This document shows positions 31,501-41,273 of a stretch of 64,000 nt of DNA, piece after piece (positions within the stretch are counted from its first letter, which is position 1; each line of letters opens with the position of its first letter). This DNA comes from Porphyridium purpureum (Eukaryota), in contig VRMN01000002.1 in NCBI GenBank assembly GCA_008690995.1, positions 2,046,001-2,110,000 on the forward strand. Direction: 5' to 3'. A program made the translations under genes and the position numbers. The notes below the pieces were generated by a model. The model was not told the DNA's origin, did not search any database, and saw only the letters and a list, made by a program, of their open reading frames with translations.

Positions 31501-31552
31501 TCAGCGCTTATACAGGGACGGTGACATGGGATGGCGCTGCCCAGTCTCGTAG
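28517..31552 (+). CDS. Type II membrane protein with two tandem sulfotransferase-like domains (Gal-3-O-sulfotransferase-like)
   Basis: TM anchor YIVVMFVLLSIVAGVATFV and a long acidic stem. Two homologous domains each carry YNKP(L/M)KQ(S/G)STT (5'-PSB-like) and SLRDP-x-SQVVSYFF (3'-PB-like). Start at 28517 or 28568. Confidence 0.75.
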   Translation: MDVEKQETDTGLPCLKSMAPERQRYIVVMFVLLSIVAGVATFVSTFPPTTDPAAYMVITSTVGSAQDRDMRAETHKQVAMSVQATTSQTEADGLVEKSTPGEVIESGRAEREEPDVQDHHAKPTDVTVEEVEHAESPSEPTVQPDARSPRAELDVKDSRTEDDGPELRASLESSPDDDSKDTMSTSPIDSGSPAPAKDASVQDSAADASSLASESREASPSDGQTPDAKNDMKDTLEHAEKETPGEHPKTMDGASTAEPAPANDGARPEQDGVREQETMPASETSKEGEGQEATRSLVAHPSIIAAETARRSPRDSCKLRACEESGNVRPLLCRFLYGAGPNPILNNETVVIYNKPLKQSSTTIYGLMMAWYEAYGYEAGNRPPLDAKLDKDVTRAISSPSAQRLAVELARKVKFWGWHIELSNTDLSILYRLRGNDDNFIISSLRDPPSQVVSYFFETKKNVPAEQISVEDLIGFIMRQGRNNNYAYHYGSPGSWAYTADCQQLDLTAKRAEVAQYVKRYDFLFSTNELSDDFDLFNRAFAVDPPIEGSENLRPGQYKLSDELIHSARVRAVIDANMCLDKIMYEELSRRRKFLEHLYRGNIDWGCDAQSDGALASASGIANDSARASTSLDLATVGSSVEQTSTPRAPVSVPQNSPIVTPTPLNSVELAPGTPTSAPMPLLPPTSAEKRSPSPPEQQNKVAGAVGHPSTFRNTRKQDPCRLSACLKSGSVRPLLCQYLFGGGTNPMLNNNTAVVYNKPMKQGSTTIYHRLKDYYELQGYRVGDKLDKNVTEFPHTSIPSAERLQLAREVKYWGWHMQLSAEHVEYFTKLRGNDDIFLITSLRDPFSQVVSYFFEAHKHESATELSVQDLVDFIGLQGKNNNYAYHYGLSGAWAYKANCSEIHKERIRWRSEIGAYVGRYDYVFHSDKLENDFRQLNRVFMIHPPIPGEGNLRKGQYKLPDDIIESEPVRRAFNEHMCLDRLFHEELFNRRTYLQRLYRDGDMGWRCPVS

Positions 31553-31886
31553 CGTACGTGACAGACATGCCCAAGAAGAGCTTTATAATATAGATAGAAG
31601 GAAACGAAACTAGTTGTGGACGCGCTGATTCATGCGCGCCCGCGTTTTGATCCAAAGCGTTGTCTCGCGGCTGGGGCGATTTTTGTCTGAGCTTGGTAAA
31701 CGCGCAGCGATACGAGCTCATCTACTATTGGCATCCGAGGTTCCAGGAGAGCAACTTCTGGCTGGAGCCAAGGCTCAGCGTCCGACTAGGGAAGAGAAGG
31801 ACAGTGAGAGAAAACGGCATCGACGAATGCGAAACGCGGCGACCGTCATCGGAGCCAACAGCCATTCCGGACTACGCACGGGCCCC

Positions 31887-34661
31887 CTACAAGTTGGACC
31901 AGCGCTTGGCGTTCATAATTTTTGTCTTCCCGCTCTTGACGGCGGAGCCGCCGAAATTCTTCTTGCGCTTCTTCTCGTCCGGTGGTGCGACGGCCTGAAT
32001 GTCTACTTCTGGCGCCTTCGTGATATCGGTAACGCCCCGGATGACGCGCGCTTCCAGCATGGCGCGTACTTTTTCATTTTGCTCGATATAGTGCTTATAG
32101 TCGCCGTCGTAAAGAACGAGCTCTTCGTCCTCGACGGCGACAATTTGACGAGCCACCTGCGAGACAAAGTAGCGGTCGTGACTAACCACCACTAAAGTGC
32201 CGTCAAAGTGCTGCACGGCCTCTTCGAGCATCTCCTTCGCCGGGATGTCCAAATGATTCGTCGGCTCGTCCAGTATAAGCACATTGGCCGGCTGCAGCAT
32301 CAGTTTGCACAGGGCGAGCCGCGCCTTTTCGCCACCAGACAGCGACGCAACCTTGTTGTTCACTTCGTCACCTTTAAATAGAAACTTGCCCAGCAAAGCA
32401 CGCAGTTCCTCGTACCGCGTGTCGGCAGGGGCAGCTGCTTGCACGGTCTCAATCACCGTCTTGTCCAAGTCAAGAGCATCAGCCTGATTTTGCTCAAAAT
32501 ATGCCACCACTGCGTTCACGAGCTTTGTGCAGTCCACCTCGCCACGCTCTGGCTCCTCGATGCCCATGATCAGTCGCAACAGGGTCGACTTGCCTGCACC
32601 ATTGGGTCCCACAATTGCGACTTTATCGCCGCGCTCCAGTGCCAGGTTTGCATCTCTGAACAGGGTGCGGCCGTTGTAGCCGTGCGTCACATCGTGCAGC
32701 ACTACCGGCTCGCGCGCGGAGCGCGGAGCTGGTGGGAATCGGAACACCAGCGGTTTCGTCTGCTTGGGCGGTTGTCGCACCAGCTCTTCGTTGCGCTCCA
32801 TGCGCTCCAAAACCTTCTCGCGGGCACGCACCTGTGCAGAGCGCGCCGGGTTGCGTCGGTTCGTCTTGATGAAGCGAGTCTGCTCCTTAATAAACTCTTG
32901 CTGGCGCTCGTATGCGCGCTCCCACGCTGAACGCAGTTCCTTCTTGAGCGCTAGGAAGCGGGAGTAGTTGCCCTTGTAGCTAAACGCCTCGCCGGCTTCA
33001 ATCTCCACAATCTTGTTGCACAGACGATCCATGAACTCGCGATCGTGACTCACAATCACCATGGGCAGCTCTGATTGCATCAGATAATTTTCAATCCACT
33101 CGACCGACTCGAGGTCCAGATGATTGGTCGGCTCGTCCAGAAGCAAAATGTCCGGATTCTTGAGCAGGACTTTGCCCAGTCCGATGCGCACCTTCCAGCC
33201 GCCAGAAAACGCACCCACCAACTTGTGCAGGTCGTCTGGGTTAAAGCCGAGCCCAGGGAGCAGCCGGTCGATACGCGGCTGCAGATTCCAAGCATCGAGC
33301 TCGTCGCAGCGCACGCGCGCGTCCTCCAATGCGTTAAGCAAGGTCTCCATTTTCTCCAGGTCGTCGCCCGCCATCTCGACCGCCTGCTCTGCCTCCTCAT
33401 ATGCACGCACCGCCGCCTGCTCCTCCGAGCAACCTACGAGAAGCTCCTCGCCCAGCGTTCGACAGTTATCGAGCTCCTCGACAAACTCCTGTCGCAACAC
33501 AGCCATGCGCGTGCGATCTGAGCTTCGCACCACCGCTCCAGAACTCGGTTCCAGCTCGCCAGCGATCATCTTGAGCTGCGTCGACTTGCCGCACCCATTC
33601 TTGCCCACCAGCCCCACGCGCTCTCCCGTCTTCACGTCCCAGGTTACCGACTTGAGCACGTCATTTCCGTTAAAGCTCATTCCCACATCCACAAACTGTA
33701 TCTGGGTGAACTTTTCTCCGCCAGAGCCAAACGAAGCCTTTTGGTTCGCTGCCGTGACCGTCGCCTTGGCCTTTTTCCGCCGCCCAGCAAACGTAAAGTC
33801 TTCTACCTCCTCAACAAAAGAGGAGAACTCCTGCTCGGCATCCTCGTCCAGGTCCGCCACGGGCTCGTCGTCGTCCACGAAATTTCCGTCGCTGTCGTCG
33901 TCACGCTCGGTTTCGCTTTCACTATCCACGGCGCTTACACTGAATGTTCCAGCCTTCTGTGCATTCTCTGCCTCTGTCTGCTGCCCGCGTACAGAGCGCT
34001 TCGTCTGGACGTGCGTGGTCTCCCCGCCGCCTAAAATATCGTCTACATTTGATATCATATCCACGGCATTCGAATTATCCTCAATCACGCTGCCGCCCTT
34101 CTTGTTCTTGAGCTTTTTCGCCTTATTCTTCTGCTGTTTTGCTTGTGTCTGTACAGCGTCCGCCGAGCTGTGCCCTTCGTCCTTTTCTTCGCCGTGGCCA
34201 CCGAGCGCGTCTCTCAACAGGTCCTTTCCTTCCTCCGCGCTCTGAATCCCAGCAAACACGTCCACTGCGTTTGCGTCGTCGTCCAGAATGCCAGCCTTCT
34301 TTGACTTTTTCTTCTTCGCGGCTTTCTTTGCCGCCTTGGCATCGTCTGCCCCGGCCGAGGCCGTCGGCTCTGCCGAGCCTTCAGTGTGCTCCTGGTCCAC
34401 GTGTCCCAGCGCGGCGGCGAGCAAGTCCTGCCCACTCGCGGCGGCCGCAATGCCGGCCATGACATCGAATGCATTCGACTCGTCCTCCTGAATCATGCCC
34501 TTCTTCTTCTTCGCGGCGACGCACACGCCCATGCGGCGCGCGCGCGTCCCGCGCACCACCGCAGCGCCGGGCACGCGTCGCACTTCACAACTCCGTCCTG
34601 CTCCCCTTCCAGACACCGGCGTTGGCGCCGGCGCCGCGCTCCATCCCACAAAGCCAGCCAT
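31887..34661 (-). CDS. ABC-F family ATPase (plant ABCF5-like), probably plastid-targeted
   Basis: Two NBDs (GKNGCGKST, FSGGW, LLLDEPTNHLD; GPNGAGKST, LSGGE, LILDEPTNHLD), no TM segments. N-terminus MAGFVGW is transit-peptide-like. Confidence 0.95.
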   Translation of the reverse strand: MAGFVGWSAAPAPTPVSGRGAGRSCEVRRVPGAAVVRGTRARRMGVCVAAKKKKGMIQEDESNAFDVMAGIAAAASGQDLLAAALGHVDQEHTEGSAEPTASAGADDAKAAKKAAKKKKSKKAGILDDDANAVDVFAGIQSAEEGKDLLRDALGGHGEEKDEGHSSADAVQTQAKQQKNKAKKLKNKKGGSVIEDNSNAVDMISNVDDILGGGETTHVQTKRSVRGQQTEAENAQKAGTFSVSAVDSESETERDDDSDGNFVDDDEPVADLDEDAEQEFSSFVEEVEDFTFAGRRKKAKATVTAANQKASFGSGGEKFTQIQFVDVGMSFNGNDVLKSVTWDVKTGERVGLVGKNGCGKSTQLKMIAGELEPSSGAVVRSSDRTRMAVLRQEFVEELDNCRTLGEELLVGCSEEQAAVRAYEEAEQAVEMAGDDLEKMETLLNALEDARVRCDELDAWNLQPRIDRLLPGLGFNPDDLHKLVGAFSGGWKVRIGLGKVLLKNPDILLLDEPTNHLDLESVEWIENYLMQSELPMVIVSHDREFMDRLCNKIVEIEAGEAFSYKGNYSRFLALKKELRSAWERAYERQQEFIKEQTRFIKTNRRNPARSAQVRAREKVLERMERNEELVRQPPKQTKPLVFRFPPAPRSAREPVVLHDVTHGYNGRTLFRDANLALERGDKVAIVGPNGAGKSTLLRLIMGIEEPERGEVDCTKLVNAVVAYFEQNQADALDLDKTVIETVQAAAPADTRYEELRALLGKFLFKGDEVNNKVASLSGGEKARLALCKLMLQPANVLILDEPTNHLDIPAKEMLEEAVQHFDGTLVVVSHDRYFVSQVARQIVAVEDEELVLYDGDYKHYIEQNEKVRAMLEARVIRGVTDITKAPEVDIQAVAPPDEKKRKKNFGGSAVKSGKTKIMNAKRWSNL

Positions 34662-34816
34662 TGCTCCACTCGACTCCGACCCCACCCAACCCACCACTAC
34701 CCATTCCTTCCCACCCCTTCTCTCTCTCTCTCTGTTCTTTACCTCCACACACGAAAAAAAAAAAACCCACGAAGCGCGTGCGCGGCCGCCAGATTACTTG
34801 CGCTCCAACAAAAAAA

Positions 34817-34926
34817 TGAACACCCACTGAACACCCACTGAACACCCACTGAACACCCACTGAACACCCACTGAACACCCACTGAACACCCACTGAACAC
34901 CCACTGAACACCCACTGAACACTCAC
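34817..34926. repeat. 11-bp tandem repeat (TGAACACCCAC)x10
   Basis: Nine perfect units at 34817-34915 and a tenth with one mismatch (TGAACACTCAC). Confidence 0.97.
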
Positions 34927-35773
34927 GGAACACTTGCCTCATGGCGTGGCGGTTCAGCGAGTAGGTACAGTGGTTGGAGCCTGGAGGTTTTGCGCGGGTT
35001 CAAGCGGTTCTGTGCGTGGCAAAGGGCGAAAACGTTCATGGCGTCGCCGCCGGCGCTGCTGCGATGTGTGTATGGAGCTGCCGGCCTGCTGTCACGCCGC
35101 GGAGGCTTCGTATGCCTCGTGCGCTTGGATCAGGCAGTACCTTTGTGCCCACGAGACTATGAAGAGTCTGGCGCTCTGCGCTCGGCTCCGTCTCCTCGCC
35201 TAGCCGACAAAGGTCTACATGCTCGCAAAATCGCTAGGAACACGCGTAGTTCTCCCGAACAGGCTTTCACAGAATTCATCGCCCCCGAGAAACGCTGCTC
35301 ATCGTCCACGCAGCAGTTTACAAGGACTGACCTTCTCGCTGATAGTTTGTGAATGCGACCGTTGCGCAGCGCGCGAGCGGTCAACCGGTATATGTGCACC
35401 CGGGCGGGTGTGCTAATTGTCACTGCACATGACAGTATCGCATTGGCTTGCTCGTACACAACTCTGGCCGCTGCAGTCAAGAACTCTGACGTGTGGGGGA
35501 CGATCAGTGCAGACCGGACATCGTGAATTCTGCTTGCTGCGCACGACTCTCGCGTAGAGCCAACTGCGGCGGTCTACATTCACCTTTCTGGAGTCTTCCC
35601 ATTTTTATTTTCTACTGTCGTACTTGTACATTGCGCTGCAAAATTACGCATCACACACGTTCCTCGCAAACGTACCGTGAGACCGCGCAGTCTCACGCCG
35701 TCATTGCAGCCATCGCCGATCCTCGCTCCTCCGCGTAAACTCGCCTCGTTCCGTGTCGAAGAAGGACGACAGA

Positions 35774-35971
35774 TCACATCGCTCCTGGTGGCGGTGCCAT
35801 CGGTGGAAGAAGCAGGTTGAGCACAGAGCCGTCCGGCGTCGACTTGAGGCCATAGTAGATGATCAGCGGCACGTACCCGTACTGGAAAAGCACGCGCAGC
35901 GTCTTGAGCGAGCCATCCACGCACATGCTGATCTGCTTGCGAACGCGCCGCCCGCGCCCAGTTCCCGCCAT
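35774..35971 (-). CDS. TOM7: Mitochondrial import receptor subunit TOM7
   Basis: 65 aa. FQYGYVPLIIYYG...LLLP matches the Tom7 TM signature. Confidence 0.85.
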   Translation of the reverse strand: MAGTGRGRRVRKQISMCVDGSLKTLRVLFQYGYVPLIIYYGLKSTPDGSVLNLLLPPMAPPPGAM

Positions 35972-36213
35972 GCTCTCCTTGCTTTGAATCCTCGCACAAT
36001 CTAAATCGCCAAGCACCACCACGTGTTTCCCTCTTGCCCGATCGTTTGCCGTCGCGCTCGTCCCCCTGTGGTGAATCGAACGACTTCTTATAAAAACGCA
36101 GTCGTTTTGTCAGACAAACGAAAATGGGATACGCGCGTGCTCAAGTGACCGTGTGCACGTCGAGCGACATTGGTCGCCGCGTCGCCCGGCATCAAAGCGG
36201 CAGCTCATGCTCA

Positions 36214-39200
36214 ATGGCGGCAAGCGTGGGCGATTCGGAAGCCGCTCTGGGCGAGCTCGAGCTCGTGGTGAAGGAGATTGAGGCCCTGGATCGCCTGGAG
36301 ACGCTCGACGAAAATACAAGCCGCCGCGCCGTGCGGCTGGTGCACCATATTCGTACTCTCAGCTCCCGCACACTGGCTGAACGACTGCTGCAGGCAGGTA
36401 TGGTTGACAGCTGAGCTTTGAAGTGTCATGCATCGGCGTTTCGGTGCTCCGTGCGTGTGTGTCTGACCGGTGTCCCTGACCAGCGCAGTCTTTGCTTGAA
36501 TTGTTCATTTTGTCTTTGTGCTTTGCAATCTTAAACGCTCACTGTGCAGGTGTGGGACTATGGAACGCTGTGCTCGACCTGCATTTCGTGGGGCCAAAGT
36601 TGAAGCTGGTGGTTTCCTTTGCATCTGAACACTCAAACGAGCGCGCCGTGCAGACATGGGCGCCCAAGGTCCGTGTCTTGGAGTTGTGTCAGCTGAAGCA
36701 CGTCGCCGCCGACTGCATCTTCATGGCCATGTCGTTGTTGGGTTGGGTCAGCGCCAACTTTGACTTGGACGCAGCGAGTGTGGCGTCCTTCTACGCGCAG
36801 GCAGGAACATGTTATTTTGCGTGGTTGAACAAGGCGGACATGACGCAAGCATGTCTTAAGCGTTGCGAAGAGCTCCTGGACGATATTTATGGCATGCTGG
36901 CGCAGAACAGCGGAGACACAGATACGGGCACGCAAGCCGCAGCGCAGGCCGTCTTTGACTTTTTCGTGCTGAGCGCGCAGTGCTCCATATCCATGGATAA
37001 CGTTCCCGACGCTCTGCAGGCTTTTGATCGTGCGAAGCAAGTGCTTGTGCATTTAAGCGATGAGCGCGAACTCGTGGCCAGCTCCGAGTTCAACATTGGG
37101 CTTTACTTTCACCAGCAGCAACGTCACCGTGAGGCGCTAGTGTGGCTGCAGCGATCGGTGGACTCGCGCGGCCACGTTGCAAACCCTCGCATGGACCATG
37201 CGCGGCAGTTGCGCACGCTGACGGTGATGGCAGTGTGCTGTATCGAGCTCGCGCGACTCGATGACGCCCGGGAGTACCTACGCGCAGCTGAGCAGCTGGA
37301 GCCGGCTCGCCCTTCGCCAGTGGTTATGTACCTCAAACTCAAAGTCAGCATTTTGCAGCAGGAAGACACAGATGCATTGAGTGCGCGCGCACTTTCACTC
37401 GTGGAATGTGAAGCTTGTCCATTTGAGCTAGCGTGTACCGTGCTGCACCTGCTCAGCGAGCACTCGTTGCACACGCTCACCGTCATGTGCGCGCAGCGCC
37501 TGCTCGATTCAGACGCATGTGTGCGCGGCAACTGGGAGAGGAGGCACAAAATCGCCATGCGTATGACTGAAGCGCTTTTTGCATCCGCGGGTGCAGTCGA
37601 GCCGGCCATTGCATGCTTTGAACAGTACGAGGACGACCTCGTCGGACGCGTGGCTTCTGTCGACAATGAAAGCAACGCAGCAGCTCTGTCCCTCGCGCGC
37701 GAATGGATCGGCGTGATGCTGCAGGCGAGCCGCGCTTTGCATGAGAAGCAGGACCATCTCGGCATCGCACTTACACTGCACAGTGCCTTTCGCTTCATCG
37801 CATTTCTCGCGCCCACTGTCGCAGCGTCCAAAGGGTCTGACGGGACGCTCATCTCCCTTGGCGTCGAGGAACATTGTTTTCTCGTGCACCATTGCATTCT
37901 TGCGCTTCACAACTTGATGAATCTTGCTCCTGTGCGAACGGGTTCGGACAGTGCGTCTCCCGCAGATGCTGATGTAGAGCCGCAGACGCCTGCAGTCCGT
38001 GCGGGACATGCAAGTCCGATGGACCTCACGGACAGAGTAAGCATGGCCACACTACGCAGTGACTTCGGCGGTGGGCTGATTCAACTGGCGCTAGCGCATG
38101 CTCGTCGCGCTAAAGCCCTAAGTCCGCGCAGCTTTCTGGCGGTCGCGTGTGTGTTTCGCACGCTCTTGTTCGCCGGTGCGCTCGCGACTGCGTCCGCTGA
38201 TGAGGACCATGCGCGCGAAAGGGGCTTGGACTCACGCAGGCTTAGCATTCAAAGCATCCACACCACTGAAGCACTGCAGGAGCTCAAGTGCCTAAGTATG
38301 TGCGATGGCTTTAGCGTGAGTGTTTTGTGCGACGCCGCGCGCGACGCCAAGCTGCTTGGCCTTGATCGCGTCGCCATCGACTGTTTTATCGCACTTCTTA
38401 CGCGCTTTGAATTTGACCATGATGAGCCTGCGCTAGCAGCATTGACGAGCCTTCCTGCCGGTCATGAGAACGGTGACCTTTCAGTACTGCAGCGCGCCCA
38501 GCTACTCGGTATTGTGCTGCTCGCTGGTGTGTTGTCGATCGACGAACAGCTTGGCATCTCGCCACATGAAGAGAAGGAGGATGCGTCGCAACTTGAGCAC
38601 GAGCCCGGCTCGTCGTCGCCTGCGCCTCGCTGTACCGGGCGTGACCCGCAAAGCGAAGCACAGATCATCGATGACCCACCTCGCGCGCGCGCGCTGTTAC
38701 TGCAGTTGAAGGCCATGCTGGATGCCGGACTTAAAGTGCTCGCCACGTATCCTCCTGAGCAGTGCTTTGCGGTCCCAGACCAAGAAATGCAGCAAAGTCG
38801 CGAAGCACAGGCACCCGCAAGTGGAAGTGCACGTACTTCATTGGTACTGTTGACGAATATTGCATGGAATGCAGCTATCTTTTGTGATGCACCGCGCGTA
38901 GCCGGTGAAGATGATGGCGATGCGTGTGAAGGCTTTCAGCCCCGGACGGACCTGAGCCGATCCTCGTTGCGTTCAGCTTTTTTCGACCTGTCCTATGCTT
39001 ACGGCGCTTACCAGACAGGATCAGATCCGAGCCTGGAGGCTCAAATGCTCGCGCGAATCCTGTCAGTTTGTGCGACTTTGGAAAATAATGCAGCGCGTGC
39101 CGAGCAGCTCGTCGAGGCGCTTAACAAGCTGCGCGATGCACGCCGTCTTCTTGGAACCTTGCAACGCCTCCGCGAGGGCACATGTGCAACCGCAAGAACT

Positions 39201-39866
39201 TCCGACCAGGATCCAGCTGAGAAGCACATCATGTTTCTGGAATGTGCGTGCCACCTGCGCCTTTTTGACGCGGACGAGCTGAAAGTGCGCGTTGAAAACA
39301 TGGTGGAAAAGGCGCAGGGCAATTTCTCTCACGAGGGGGAGCAGCACCAGCACGTGGCCATGATGGAGAACTTGGGCGCACGATGCCTAGACATTGCACG
39401 AACTCCAAGCACGCCGCCCGGTTTTCGTGTCTTTTGCGAGGAAATATGCATTGTGCTCTTACGATGTGCGATCCAAGTTCGGCTGCAGCGCGCGAAGCTC
39501 GCTGCCGAGAACTCGCAGAGTGGCGAAGGGATCAACGTCGAAGCCGAAGCGGCGGCGCTTACGGCCGCGCTCCGGGAGGGAAGCAGCGCTGCTTGCGGAA
39601 GACAAGTTTCTTCTGCGGCGGAATTTGTAGAACTAGCCTTTGAGCTGGCCACCAGCGCCACATTCGTATACCCAAAGCGAGAACTGCAGTGGTTAGTGGC
39701 GTTTTGCTGGAGCAACGCAAGCACCATGCACAAGAGCGGGCGCATAGCTGATGCTCACATGTGGGCCGACTTTGCCAAGCGTGTATGCGAGGCGCAGCGC
39801 AAGTGCCCGAGTCTGTCTGGTGCGCTACCACTGATTGACGAGCTGCTTGCAAAGTGTGCCGAGTGA
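36214..39866 (+). CDS. ZIP4: Meiotic TPR scaffold ZIP4/SPO22/TEX11 (exons 36214-36397 and 36550-39866)
   Basis: Splicing yields ...LLQAG-VGLWN (Spo22-type GxxLWN). FNIG...ALVWLQRS and the C-terminal YPKRELQWLVAFCWSNA...W match ZIP4/TEX11 hallmarks. Confidence 0.82.
36398..36549 (+). other. Spliceosomal intron, 152 nt, phase 1
   Basis: CAG|GTATGG donor and TGCAG| acceptor with a pyrimidine-rich interior. Removal joins the 36214 ORF in frame with the 1124-aa ORF, which lacks an ATG start. Confidence 0.85.
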
Positions 39867-40193
39867 GCACCGCAGCAATATGAACACTCGCGGGTGCTAA
39901 ATTGAAACTGGATGAAAAGGCGTGGCCAAATGGCAGCCATGTGGGGATAGCTTCACTCATGCTTTTGAGTACTGTGCATAGGCTTGACAACATACAGGTC
40001 AGCGTCTCGGTTTGAAGACCGAGATTGTGGACGCTTGATGGCTGCCAGTTGCCGTAATCGAATGAATTATCAGGGAAAATATTGTCTCGCCAAGAATATA
40101 GGTGTCTTTAAATTCGCTTCCGACTGTGACATGCCCCAGTTGCCAACTTGAACCACGACTCGATCACGGCGTTCAGAGTCGCATCTCATAAGC

Positions 40194-41273
40194 CTACTGA
40201 TTCTTCTTGGCTGCGGCATCGCCATCCGGTGATGCAAACGCGTACGGTGTCTGAATGGCGAAAAGACACGAGAAGCCAAAGTAGAAGATCGTCACGAGAA
40301 GAAGCATGACAAGCAGGCCCATAAAGCCGGCCGGGGAAATGGGCGGTGGCGGCAAGTCACCCTTCTGAGTGAATGAAAATTGCTGTGAGTTATTTTTCTT
40401 CGTGCCGACCTGCTCACCGTCATCGCTATTGTCTGCGAGTAGCTCCGGTTCATTTGCGCGCGGCGGCGCAAAGGCGTCATCATCACCTTCTTCCGGCTGA
40501 TCCTCACGGCGCACCTGTTCAAGCAGCGCGCGCGAACCCAGCTGTGGCACATTTTCGGTCCACACCAGCACGACCTTATTGTCCACGAGCCGTGCAAGCC
40601 GATACGCCGCGTCGGCAACCGCCTCGAAACCGTTCAAGCCGCGGACCGGATCGCGGGGAGCGTACAATTCTTCAGCGAGATTCTCGTCTCCCAGAAAGAC
40701 CACCACAAGTTCTGTGCTATGAGCATTGTCCGTGCGCCCGGCCGTGCGCTCCATTGTGTCTAGCGTCCTTTCCAACGAGGCTAGCACGCACGCCGTCACC
40801 GAGGTCGCGCCGGTGGCGCGCTCCAGCTCCTGGATAATCTTCTGGTCCGAGGAGCCGCTGCTAGTAAACGAGGCGCGAAGCCACGCTGGCTCTTGGTCCA
40901 GCTTGTGCGACGCGATTTTGAGAGCGCGCTCGACCTGCTTGACATCGAGCGGCGCGTCTTGCACGACGACGACCGTGATTGCGGGGCGCCCTCGCGAAGG
41001 CCCCGGCTCGTGCTGGGTCGCATCACTTGCGAGAAGATCTCCGCGCGCGACGCGCAAAAGCACGGTCTCATCCAAACGAGATCCGTCCGAATACTCGCAC
41101 GTGGGATCGGACGGGCGTTGGTCGTGCCCGACGCACGCCGCGGACGGCAGCAGCGGCGCCGCGCGTCCATCGGCGCTCCACGCGATCATCTCATGCGCGC
41201 CGCACATACCCGCCACCACCGCGCACGCGGCCAGCGCCAGCACCGCTGCGCCCACCATCTTCCTCGCCGCCAT
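40194..41273 (-). CDS. V-ATPase accessory subunit Ac45/Voa1 (ATP6AP1)-like type I membrane protein
   Basis: Signal peptide. C-terminal ISPAGFMGLLVMLLLVTIFYFGFSCLFAIQTPYAF matches the Ac45/Voa1 TM consensus. Confidence 0.75.
   Translation of the reverse strand: MAARKMVGAAVLALAACAVVAGMCGAHEMIAWSADGRAAPLLPSAACVGHDQRPSDPTCEYSDGSRLDETVLLRVARGDLLASDATQHEPGPSRGRPAITVVVVQDAPLDVKQVERALKIASHKLDQEPAWLRASFTSSGSSDQKIIQELERATGATSVTACVLASLERTLDTMERTAGRTDNAHSTELVVVFLGDENLAEELYAPRDPVRGLNGFEAVADAAYRLARLVDNKVVLVWTENVPQLGSRALLEQVRREDQPEEGDDDAFAPPRANEPELLADNSDDGEQVGTKKNNSQQFSFTQKGDLPPPPISPAGFMGLLVMLLLVTIFYFGFSCLFAIQTPYAFASPDGDAAAKKNQ

Noticed and set aside
34817..34926. Possible CRISPR array
   Set aside because: Units are 11 bp and contiguous with no spacers; no cas genes; eukaryotic context.
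34990..35352. Short ORF downstream of the minisatellite
   Set aside because: No recognisable motif or convincing coding signal; cannot be supported without expression data.
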